DNA from: Bacteriovoracaceae bacterium | GTDB lineage: Bacteria; Bdellovibrionota; Bacteriovoracia; Bacteriovoracales; Bacteriovoracaceae | DNA length: 30,448 nt | Assembly (NCBI GenBank): GCA_049599895.1 | Contig: JBMYPC010000021.1 | Span: forward strand, 1 to 30,448 | Reading direction: 5' to 3' | Part shown: positions 18,312-26,956 of the stretch, piece after piece | Layout of the letters: every line of letters starts with the position of its first letter | How positions within the stretch are numbered: position 1 is the stretch's first letter | The notes under the pieces: generated by a model | What the model saw: only the letters and a program-made list of their open reading frames with translations | Told to the model about the DNA's origin: nothing | Databases searched by the model: none | Position numbers and translations under genes: made by a program

Positions 18312-19792
18312 GCCGCTTTTTTTATGTCTTCTTCATCGAATGATTCAGAGAAGTCTTCTTTATCATTATCAGCAAGATGAGCTTTTAAAGCTTCGATATC
18401 GGCATTATAAAACTCAGGAAAAACCTGTCCATCGAAAAGAAAGTCAAAATTCAGATCATGCTTTATTGAATAATAAATCGCATCGGCAATGGAAAAGAGT
18501 TGCCAAAAGCCACTGTGAAAATAGCAGGTTTTAAGATACGAATCAATAAACTGAGGAAATTCAAGAGTTTCACCGTATTTCTTTCTCAGATAATAACTCA
18601 TCATCGGTATAAGATCTTCCTTTCGTGTCTCAAGTCCTGGCATCGTAATTTCTAAATCAGTATTGAAGGTGTCAGTATTACGTAAGGGACTAGAGCTTGT
18701 AAAAACCCAACGACAATCTCTTTTCATTGAATCTAAAAGTTCGAAAACTTCCCTATGATGACTATCAATATTCTCTATGAGTAGCACTTTCTCTGATTCA
18801 TTCTCAAGTTCATCTTTAACGAGGTCTTTAAAGGTTTCAAAGTCATTGAGATACTGCTCTTTTAAATCATAACTTAATACCTTTAATGCTTTTTTCTTTC
18901 TCATTTCCTCGATAAGAACTTTAAAATAATAAGTCTTACCAGTCCCCCGCTCACCTTGTATATGAACCCATTTGGGACTTTCTATAAGCTCTGTAATTTT
19001 GGCCCTCAGATGAAAAATAATAGGACTTTTACCGATCAAAGCATGCTCTCGAGAAGTCTCTTTTGAATGACCACCCTGAATTTTAAAAGGGATCACATAT
19101 TTTATAAGATGAGTTAAGCTTTTCGATATTTCACCACAAGACTTAAGAAAACCACTGTAACGCTTAGAAAGATCATAAAGAGGTTTTACAATGGTCTCTT
19201 TTGAAAAGATTTCAACAGGCAACTCTTCTTTATAATGATATTCGACATCTGATTCAAAAACAGATTGAATCACATCTTTAAAGACTTTTTCATTGGGCCT
19301 ATGTGACGATTGATTTTGAAAAGAACGAATCAAGTTATTGAATAATAGCTTTTTATTAATGGCCTTCGGGTCTGCGCTTGTCTTTTCTTCTGACAAGCCA
19401 AGCATAACATTAGAGATGAGATTGGTTTTACTAATTTGGCATAAATGCAGATCAATAAAGCTAACGATTTCTGAATAAGAGTCCTCATAAAACTGAACAC
19501 CTATCTCATAAGTTTCACGACCTTCAATTTCTTTACACCTTGTCACAACACCATTTAAGTAAAATTTCTTGCGTCTTTTACCAAGAACAACTTGCAGTGA
19601 CTCTCCAATTGAAAAATTCTCAGAACAAAGAATTCCCATTCCGGTAATAGAAAAATCGGTAGCCACACTTTTAAACTGACCAACGATTTCTTTTTTAACC
19701 CCACGAAGTTTTGAAACTTCAACAGAGATTCGACTAGAGTCAGTCACGACAAAACGAAACGATCTAAAAAAGTTGTGAGCATTCCCGACCAT
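18308..19792 (-). CDS. PilZ-domain protein fused to degenerate sigma-54-interaction (bEBP-like) AAA+ domain
   Basis: N-terminal FFRSFR...TDFSITGMG...GVVTR...YEIGVQF (PilZ); LIGKSP...IQGERGTGKT Walker A; LLIENID; MPGLETRKEDL; no GAFTGA, no HTH; SD GGGAG. Confidence 0.75.
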   Translation of the reverse strand: MVGNAHNFFRSFRFVVTDSSRISVEVSKLRGVKKEIVGQFKSVATDFSITGMGILCSENFSIGESLQVVLGKRRKKFYLNGVVTRCKEIEGRETYEIGVQFYEDSYSEIVSFIDLHLCQISKTNLISNVMLGLSEEKTSADPKAINKKLLFNNLIRSFQNQSSHRPNEKVFKDVIQSVFESDVEYHYKEELPVEIFSKETIVKPLYDLSKRYSGFLKSCGEISKSLTHLIKYVIPFKIQGGHSKETSREHALIGKSPIIFHLRAKITELIESPKWVHIQGERGTGKTYYFKVLIEEMRKKKALKVLSYDLKEQYLNDFETFKDLVKDELENESEKVLLIENIDSHHREVFELLDSMKRDCRWVFTSSSPLRNTDTFNTDLEITMPGLETRKEDLIPMMSYYLRKKYGETLEFPQFIDSYLKTCYFHSGFWQLFSIADAIYYSIKHDLNFDFLFDGQVFPEFYNADIEALKAHLADNDKEDFSESFDEEDIKKAA

Positions 19793-19825
19793 AAAACTCC
19801 CCCTTTTAAGGGTTTACTATTTTCT

Positions 19826-19852
19826 TTATCGTCATAATCAAGACAACTTTTA
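19826..19852 (-). promoter_or_regulatory. Sigma-28 (FliA)-like promoter of the PilZ-AAA gene
   Basis: Minus strand TAAA-N15-GACGATAA, canonical spacing, 33 nt upstream of the ATG. Confidence 0.65.
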
Positions 19853-19874
19853 ACTTTGGAAGAATGAAAAAACG

Positions 19875-19882
19875 ACCGATAA
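19875..19882 (+). promoter_or_regulatory. Sigma-28-like -10 element for the 19912 gene
   Basis: ACCGATAA 29 nt upstream of the TTG start; no good -35 at canonical spacing. Confidence 0.35.
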
Positions 19883-19911
19883 CAATAATAGTTAGGCACT
19901 AAGGAGCATAC

Positions 19912-21222
19912 TTGAGTACTCAGCGCGACTATAAATTTTTCCGGTCAATGCGTATCCCTTATAATGGAAAACGTTTTTCCGATGTAACCTTCGATGACAA
20001 CCAAAACAGCGCTTCTATTAACTTAGTAGACTTTAACCTGAAAAGCCTTTCTTTTATTTCTGAAACATCTTTTGAATCCTCTGAGGAATGCAAAATTAGC
20101 TTTCGCTATGGGCCATGGTACAAGAAGAAAGATTATGACTTTCGCCTTGTCATCATTAGAAAGGTTCCTCTTTCAAACAAAAAATGGCTCTATGGTGCTA
20201 TTGTCAATTCTCAAGAGCTTACTTGGACTAAACTTGTTTCTGATTATGTCAGTTCATTGAAACCTTCACATTTAAAAGATCTGCTCTATAAAAACTCATT
20301 TGAGACCCGTGAACTTAAGAATGATGAGTTCAAAATTATCTTCAGCCTTTTGGTTGAACAAATAAACAATTTAGGAGCGATCAATACAAAAGAATTCTCT
20401 GACTATCTGAAGTCTTATCATTCAGCAATTGACACAAAATTTTATCAATTAAAAGAGATACCTGAGAGCTTTAACTCTCTTGAATGTAATAAAATCTTTG
20501 ATTCATATCAGTTGAACTCAGTGTCTAAACTTTATGATAATGACAGTCATTTTACCTGGATTGTTCCATTTCATGCCGAACAAGAAGTGGCCGTTGTGAT
20601 GTTTAATAATCAAAACTATTCAACTAGTTTTTATTTCGAAAACTACTTAAGAACATTACACTCTAAAGTTGATTGTATGAAAGAGAGAATGCCCTACTCT
20701 AAGGTCCTTCTCAACGCAGGAACGAATCTTATTGAATGTCATTCAAATCAAGATCAAATGATTGAAGAACTTGTAGAGATTATGAAGCCTGAACTGAAGG
20801 AGCTTTACGGTGAATTCCCCTCTGGCCCTCACAGTATTCAAACCTTTACTATTAATGGCGATATCAATCAGGAACTCTATCAAACCATAGTAAAAGAAAA
20901 TCAATTTTCAACACTTATTCTTAATATTCAGAAGCTTCCTAGTGATTATGAATTTCATCTTTTTTATGAAAAGATTAGGGCGAACGCACAGAGAAAAATC
21001 CTCATTTTCATTGAAACCACGGAATCTAGCAAAGTTCTCTCAAGGCTTCGACGCTATGACATCGTCAATTCATGGCACAATCGAAACCCATTCTTTTTAA
21101 TTGCAGGAAATCATCTACTCAAAAGTATCAAGGAAAATGGTTTTAAAAACGAACTTGCCAAAACTGGTCTTGAAAAAGACAAAGAAACTCTACTCAATTG
21201 GTTTTTTCCTAAAACTGGCTAA
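19912..21222 (+). CDS. Hypothetical protein with degenerate N-terminal PilZ-like domain
   Basis: TTG start with AAGGAG SD; FFRSMR...LVDFNLKSLSF...LVIIRK...WLYGAIV parallels the neighbour's PilZ domain; remainder unrecognised. Confidence 0.6.
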   Translation: MSTQRDYKFFRSMRIPYNGKRFSDVTFDDNQNSASINLVDFNLKSLSFISETSFESSEECKISFRYGPWYKKKDYDFRLVIIRKVPLSNKKWLYGAIVNSQELTWTKLVSDYVSSLKPSHLKDLLYKNSFETRELKNDEFKIIFSLLVEQINNLGAINTKEFSDYLKSYHSAIDTKFYQLKEIPESFNSLECNKIFDSYQLNSVSKLYDNDSHFTWIVPFHAEQEVAVVMFNNQNYSTSFYFENYLRTLHSKVDCMKERMPYSKVLLNAGTNLIECHSNQDQMIEELVEIMKPELKELYGEFPSGPHSIQTFTINGDINQELYQTIVKENQFSTLILNIQKLPSDYEFHLFYEKIRANAQRKILIFIETTESSKVLSRLRRYDIVNSWHNRNPFFLIAGNHLLKSIKENGFKNELAKTGLEKDKETLLNWFFPKTG

Positions 21223-21275
21223 GCTGACTCAGAAACTAAACTATTATTTTTTCTCTTTTCGTTTATAATAAAACT

Positions 21276-23987
21276 ATGCAATTGCTGTCACTTTCAACAC
21301 GTTTTCCAAAACTGGCAATATCATTTCTTATTATTGTGACGGGCTTCTACGCCTATCATCTCAAAGACTTTGAAATTGACTACAGCGCTTCAAAACTCTT
21401 AGTCAAAGGTGATCCTGAAAGAGCTTATTATGAAAAGACAGTCGAAAAGTTTGTTTCCGATAACATTACCTCTATTGCTTTTGTCGATGACAGTCTTTTC
21501 ACGAAAGAGAAATTAAACCTTATCTCGGATTTGGTTTGGGAACTTGAGACTTGGAAGGAAGTCGATAAAGTTGAATCTCTTTTTAATACTAAGCACATCG
21601 AGCTTAAAGAAGGAACTCTCGAGACAGTCCCTATTCTTGATACTATTCCCGAATCTGAAGAAGAAATTAAATTGATTCCCAAAAGGGCCCTCAAAAACCC
21701 AATATTTAAAAAGACCTTAATTTCCGAAGATTCTAAAATTCTCACTGTTAACATCTATCTCAAAAAAGACTTCGTTGATAAAAAGTTTGAGGTCAAGTTC
21801 GTTAATCGACTCCAGCCTTACTTAGACAAATTGGACGGCAGCTTTCAAGATGTCCTTCACGTTGGCACACCAAAACTTGCAAAAGAAGTCAGCAACGGGA
21901 TTATCAACGACCAAAAGCTTGCCATTCCCCTGGCGATAATCACAATCGTTTTTCTTTTGTTCTTTTTCTTTAAAACACCTTGGGCAGGCCTTATACCAAT
22001 GTTCGCAGGAGTCCTCTCTATTCTATGGACATATGGCCATATGGCCCTTATTGGGATCCCTGGCCAAATGCTAACCATGGGGATCCCCGTTTTACTTATT
22101 GTTGTCGGCTCAACTGAAGATTCTCACATTATTGCTGAATATTTTGAGGCCCTAAGACATAAAAAACAGGATCGTAAACTTGCGATTAATTATCTTTCCC
22201 ATAAAATCTCACTAGCTGTTATTCTTACAACTTTCACAACTTTTTTTGGTTTCTTAACGATTTCACTTCAAAAGATTGAGCTTCTTAAGGAATTTGGTAT
22301 TGCCTGTTCAATTGGAATTATTCTTAACTCCATCATCACCGTGACCCTTGTCCCCTTATTAGTTAAGAGATTTGTTAAAGAGCCTGCAAAAGAAGACCCT
22401 GAAAAAGGTGATCTCTATCATCATATTGCTGATAAGATTTTCTATTTTATTAAAAGACATAAAGTTAAGATACTCTGGTTATTATTCGTCATCGCCTCAT
22501 CTTCTGCCTATTTCGCAAAGGATATAAAAGTTGATAATAATTCACTTGCAAACCTTAAAGACTCAAGTGAAATCAAACAAGACCTCAGAGCGATCAATAA
22601 TAAGGTTGGAGGTGTTTTTAGTATTTTCGTAACCCTGCATACTCCACAGGATAAAGGCTTTAAACTCCAAGATAATATTAGAAGAATATTTGAAATTGAA
22701 TCTCTACAAAAGAAATACCCACAATTTGTTTCATCACAAAGTTATGCCAGCACCCTTGCTTTAATCAATCGAGAGATGACTTCTGGAGCAGAGAGAGACT
22801 TCAATATTCCCAGCAATCAAAGTCTTATCGAACAGTACTTCCTCCTTCTCTCACCTGATGATTTAAGAAGTTACGTCACTCTTGATTTTAAAGAGGCCAA
22901 TGTGATCTTTAGACATAGTATTTCTTCCACTCACGACACAATTGGTCTTGTTGAAAGCCTTGAATCAGACATTCAAAAGATTTTAGCGGGTTCAGAAATA
23001 AGCTATAAACTCACTGGAAGAAGAGTTCTTACGGACAAATATTCGACAACAATTGTTGAAGCTCAGGTCGAGAGCCTCGTCCTTATTTTATTTATGGTTC
23101 TTTTTGTAGTGGGAATACTCTTTTTTGATCTTAAAATTGCCCTTCTCGCTCTTATTCCTAACTTTCTTCCTATCTTTGTGATGTTTGGAGTTATGGGACT
23201 TTTTGATATCCCACTTGATATTGGAACCTGTAACGTCGCTGCCGGTGCGGTTGGTATTGCAATAGATGACACACTCCACTTTTTTTCAAGGATAAAACAG
23301 AACTTCAAAACCTACTTCTATCAAGAAGAGACTATTCTTCAAACTCTTCGTGAAGAGATTCGCCCAGTCTTTAGTACTTCAATCTCACTGGCCTTAGGTC
23401 TGTCCATCTTAGGTTTTTCAAGTTTTGTTCCCATCATAAAACTTGGCCTCTTTACGGCATTAGTTCTTGTGGTGGCCTTTCTTGCAGACATTATCATTAC
23501 TCCAATTCTTATGTTCTACATTGATGATAAAAAATTCGTTAGCCTTTATGAACAAGTCGTTTATCGAATAAAGCCCCTCGTCTTTAAAAACAGTCGTTTT
23601 CTTGAAACATTCTCAATTCATGACGCCAAAAAGTTAATACTCCTTGGAAGAACCATTAAACTAGAAAAAGATGAACGCCTCTTCCAAGAAGACCTTAATA
23701 AAAACTGCTATTTACTTCTCGATGGAGAAATGGGGCTTAGAAAAGTCTCCTCAAGGCGAGGTGAAGAGGAAAAAATCATTGATCTCAACACTTTGTTCCC
23801 AGGGAGTCTCGTTGGCCAAATCGATAATCAACCAGAGTTAAACCCAGACTCTTTTGCTCAAGCGAATAACAGTTGTAAATTGCTCATTATCAATTCAAAA
23901 TTTATAGAAAAGGCAAAAATCGAATATCCTCATCTCAGTGAAGGTATCGATAGTTATTTTCAAATAACGAATGCTCAAATTTCATAA
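21276..23987 (+). CDS. MMPL/RND family transporter with C-terminal cyclic-nucleotide-binding-like domain
   Basis: Two repeats of 1 TM + periplasmic loop + about 5 TM; IVVGSTEDSHII and GIAIDDTLHF acidic TM motifs; C-terminal LFQED..CYLLLDGEM...LFPGSLVGQI...AQANNSCKLLII. Confidence 0.88.
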   Translation: MQLLSLSTRFPKLAISFLIIVTGFYAYHLKDFEIDYSASKLLVKGDPERAYYEKTVEKFVSDNITSIAFVDDSLFTKEKLNLISDLVWELETWKEVDKVESLFNTKHIELKEGTLETVPILDTIPESEEEIKLIPKRALKNPIFKKTLISEDSKILTVNIYLKKDFVDKKFEVKFVNRLQPYLDKLDGSFQDVLHVGTPKLAKEVSNGIINDQKLAIPLAIITIVFLLFFFFKTPWAGLIPMFAGVLSILWTYGHMALIGIPGQMLTMGIPVLLIVVGSTEDSHIIAEYFEALRHKKQDRKLAINYLSHKISLAVILTTFTTFFGFLTISLQKIELLKEFGIACSIGIILNSIITVTLVPLLVKRFVKEPAKEDPEKGDLYHHIADKIFYFIKRHKVKILWLLFVIASSSAYFAKDIKVDNNSLANLKDSSEIKQDLRAINNKVGGVFSIFVTLHTPQDKGFKLQDNIRRIFEIESLQKKYPQFVSSQSYASTLALINREMTSGAERDFNIPSNQSLIEQYFLLLSPDDLRSYVTLDFKEANVIFRHSISSTHDTIGLVESLESDIQKILAGSEISYKLTGRRVLTDKYSTTIVEAQVESLVLILFMVLFVVGILFFDLKIALLALIPNFLPIFVMFGVMGLFDIPLDIGTCNVAAGAVGIAIDDTLHFFSRIKQNFKTYFYQEETILQTLREEIRPVFSTSISLALGLSILGFSSFVPIIKLGLFTALVLVVAFLADIIITPILMFYIDDKKFVSLYEQVVYRIKPLVFKNSRFLETFSIHDAKKLILLGRTIKLEKDERLFQEDLNKNCYLLLDGEMGLRKVSSRRGEEEKIIDLNTLFPGSLVGQIDNQPELNPDSFAQANNSCKLLIINSKFIEKAKIEYPHLSEGIDSYFQITNAQIS

Positions 23988-24008
23988 TGTGCTTAAAAGG
24001 AAATAAAC

Positions 24009-24809
24009 ATGAACAGATTTCTTAAAACAATAGTGCCATTTTTCATTTTATCCTACACAAGCTCAGCTTATACAAATTGCGATAAGACAGGACTTGAGGT
24101 TATGAAGATACAAGAAAAGTATCATCAAACGGCTTCTGAAAAAGAGTTCCAATCAATCACATTAAAAGACTTAAAGTCTGGAAGTACAGAAAATCGTGAC
24201 ATGCAAAGGACAAAGAAAACGGTTAACTCCCTTAGTAAATCTCTTATCGTCTTTTCATCACCTTCTAGCATTAAAGGAACCGCTCTACTCTCCCACGAGC
24301 AGAATGAGCGTGGGGATGATCAATGGCTTTATCTCCCAGCTCTTCGAAAGACTCAAAGAATCGCCCCCAGTGGAAAGAAAAATTATTTTATGGGAACCGA
24401 CTTTACCTTCGCCGACCTTGAAGATGAAGCTCTCTCTCAATACGATTATTCATGTAAGAAGCTTTCTAAATGTGGTCCTGATAAATGTTATCTTATTGAA
24501 GCCACTCCAAAGAATAAACGTATTGTGAAAGACACAGGTTATTCTATGCGAAAACTCTGGGTCAGAAACGATACTTATGTGACAGTTAGAATTAAATATC
24601 TCGACCCCAAAGGGAACGATCTTAAAACACTCACCAATTCCCAATGGAAAAAATACGGAAAGACAGCTTGGAGACCACGAAAAGCTGTAATGAAAAGACC
24701 TGGCCTTCATCAAACAACAGTTTTAACTAAAGAGCGAAAAGTCGATCTTCCCATTAGCGAAGAAATTTTTCAGGAGAGATACCTCATAAAAGGAATGCAT
24801 CTTAAATAA
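24009..24809 (+). CDS. Outer membrane lipoprotein-sorting protein (LolA-like, TP0789-type)
   Basis: Signal peptide; FSSPSSIKGTALL, DDQWLYLPALRKTQRIA, FMGTDFTFADL, YLIEATPK, YSMRKLWV; typical position after an MMPL gene. Confidence 0.9.
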   Translation: MNRFLKTIVPFFILSYTSSAYTNCDKTGLEVMKIQEKYHQTASEKEFQSITLKDLKSGSTENRDMQRTKKTVNSLSKSLIVFSSPSSIKGTALLSHEQNERGDDQWLYLPALRKTQRIAPSGKKNYFMGTDFTFADLEDEALSQYDYSCKKLSKCGPDKCYLIEATPKNKRIVKDTGYSMRKLWVRNDTYVTVRIKYLDPKGNDLKTLTNSQWKKYGKTAWRPRKAVMKRPGLHQTTVLTKERKVDLPISEEIFQERYLIKGMHLK

Positions 24810-26827
24810 TGATTTATCGCCTTTTTTTCATCCTTTTACTTTTAAGCACAACTCAACTTGCCAAGGCCAATAATCGCTCAATTGTAAAAGTTTTCGATAT
24901 TAAAGGTGAAAGTTTTCTTTTTCAAGGGCGTTCTGCCCCTGTCGAAAAGTTAAACGAGGGTCGAATTCTTCGATCTGGTGATATCATTGCCACCTCAAAC
25001 CAATCAACTCTTGCCCTCGACTTTAGTGGAAATGGTATTGTCGTCCTCTCACCAAATACACAAGTCCTAGTCAATAAAGTCACTAAAAACCATCTTCTGC
25101 ACCTCATTCTTATTCGTGGCGAGATCTACTTTCAAACTAAAGGAAGTGCTTGGAAATCAAGACCTCCAGGAGTGATTTTCTCAGTAAGAGGGTACCCTCA
25201 TGGTTATATTGGCCATAAGTATAAAATTCGCTTTCTCCCTAAAGAGCAGTCTTTAGTTGTGATGGATGATCAAATCAAAGTCTATCCACTCAACCTTAAA
25301 GATATTGCCCCTCAAAGGTCTCGGTCTAAGAAATTCATCCAAGGTTTTGCTCTTGATCAAGACGAAGACGATGAATGGCGTTCATTGATTCAAGAATTCG
25401 AAACAGATCAAAGAAAAGAAGATCTTCAAAACCAACGTTCTTGGGACTTAAAGTTAGTAACAAGAGGTGTTCACGTTGAAGAAAATCAATTTGTCACCAC
25501 TGATCTTTTTGTTGACAATGAGGAGCTTGGCGAAAATTCCATCGTAACTGATGACAGTTTAAAGCCCAAGGAAACTTTCTATGATGTTCGTCTTGAATGG
25601 GGAACTCGAAAAAGTAAAGGAATGGGCACCTTTATTACAAATGGATGGCTTGAATACGGGGACCAAGAAGACCAATACCGTGAACCACTACAGTTTTTAA
25701 ATGATCGAAAAGATGGAAGAAGCCACCTCCAGATCGCAGAACTTTATTATCAAATGTCTGGAAAAAGCAATGACTTTACTTTTGGAAAAAAGATCATTAA
25801 GTCTGGTTACGCCAATCTTTATTCTATTCTCGATCGAATTACTCCCAAAGATTTATATGACCCACTCGATAAAAGAGATATTGGTAATTACCTTGTCCAA
25901 TTTGATAGCTATTTTGGAAATTGGACCCTCTCTTACGTCTTACTTCCCTACTATCTGCCAAATAAAGCTGCTCAAAGGTTTATTGCCGATGACTCGGGAA
26001 ATCTCATAAGACCCAATAGAGAGTATCCTCGATCAAAACCTAGTACCTTTCAACACTACCTCAAGGCCAAGACCTCCACTTCAGGCTGGGACTTCACGTT
26101 CTCACTCTTTCGTGGACCCTACAATTCGCCTGTTTACACTCAAACACTCACAGGCCCAAGTGATGGAAGCAATCTCGATTGCTCAAATGCCAATTGCGAA
26201 ATCAAAGAAATTTACCCCATAGTCGACCGTTTCAGTTTTGGTTTTTCGACATTATTTGGCAAGATAAATACTTACTTTGAATCTCAATACCAAGATGCTG
26301 ACTCAAGGAGAGATCAGACTTGGTTTAAATATCTCATTGGGGCGACTTGGAAAGAAGGCGACTTTGAATTTACTCCCTTCATTGATCAAGCAACCTACTA
26401 TCTTGAGTATACAAAAGAAAAGATTGTTAATGAGCAAAGAACTGAAGATATCAATGAGGCCATTAACAATCTCGGGGCGGGAGAAACAAAAACAATTTTC
26501 CTCGAGGATACAAGTGAGAGTCGTGACCACGATCACAATATCCTCTTTAGAACTGTCTTAACCTTCTCTCCTAAATACGCTCTCACACTTAATTACGACT
26601 ATAGTTTTGACCTGCAAGACCTTCTTCAAATTTATGGGATTGAGTACACGGCCGACCAAAACCTTTTTATCAGACTTCATTATGAGAACTATAGATTGAA
26701 TCTCAAAACCAGACAAAATGACACTTCTTTAACCACCCCACTTGGAAGTTTTAATAACTTAAGTCAATCAACTGACCTGAAAAGAACCTTTGATCGTTAC
26801 ACCCTAACCTTAAATTACACCTTCTAA
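24809..26827 (+). CDS. FecR-like N-terminal domain fused to outer-membrane beta-barrel
   Basis: TAATG coupling to the upstream gene; signal peptide; LRSGDIIATSNQSTLALDFSGNGIVVLSPNTQV...LIRGEI (FecR-like); AELYYQ...FTFGKKIIKSG...LDRITP barrel pattern; ends YTLTLNYTF. Confidence 0.7.
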   Translation: MIYRLFFILLLLSTTQLAKANNRSIVKVFDIKGESFLFQGRSAPVEKLNEGRILRSGDIIATSNQSTLALDFSGNGIVVLSPNTQVLVNKVTKNHLLHLILIRGEIYFQTKGSAWKSRPPGVIFSVRGYPHGYIGHKYKIRFLPKEQSLVVMDDQIKVYPLNLKDIAPQRSRSKKFIQGFALDQDEDDEWRSLIQEFETDQRKEDLQNQRSWDLKLVTRGVHVEENQFVTTDLFVDNEELGENSIVTDDSLKPKETFYDVRLEWGTRKSKGMGTFITNGWLEYGDQEDQYREPLQFLNDRKDGRSHLQIAELYYQMSGKSNDFTFGKKIIKSGYANLYSILDRITPKDLYDPLDKRDIGNYLVQFDSYFGNWTLSYVLLPYYLPNKAAQRFIADDSGNLIRPNREYPRSKPSTFQHYLKAKTSTSGWDFTFSLFRGPYNSPVYTQTLTGPSDGSNLDCSNANCEIKEIYPIVDRFSFGFSTLFGKINTYFESQYQDADSRRDQTWFKYLIGATWKEGDFEFTPFIDQATYYLEYTKEKIVNEQRTEDINEAINNLGAGETKTIFLEDTSESRDHDHNILFRTVLTFSPKYALTLNYDYSFDLQDLLQIYGIEYTADQNLFIRLHYENYRLNLKTRQNDTSLTTPLGSFNNLSQSTDLKRTFDRYTLTLNYTF

Positions 26828-26894
26828 AATTTTTTCAGATTCTTAGGATTCTCTTTTGACAGAGAGTTGCAAAATTTGAAACAATTTTAAGTGT

Positions 26895-26915
26895 AGTCAT
26901 AAACGATTTATGACT
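26895..26915. promoter_or_regulatory. Operator-like perfect inverted repeat AGTCATAAA-CGA-TTTATGACT
   Basis: 9-bp perfect arms, just downstream of TTGACA (26856-26861)-N18-AACAAT. Confidence 0.55.
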
Positions 26916-26956
26916 TTAGACCCCTCAAAAAAGTAGTCTAAACCAAGGAAGGTAAT

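Noticed and set aside
24009..24090. Lipoprotein signal in the LolA-like protein
   Set aside because: The Cys is preceded by YTN, not a lipobox; an SPase I site after SSA is more plausible.
14056..26956. Mobile element or prophage origin for the accessory block
   Set aside because: No integrase, transposase, tRNA target or flanking direct repeats seen; composition looks similar to the flanks by eye.
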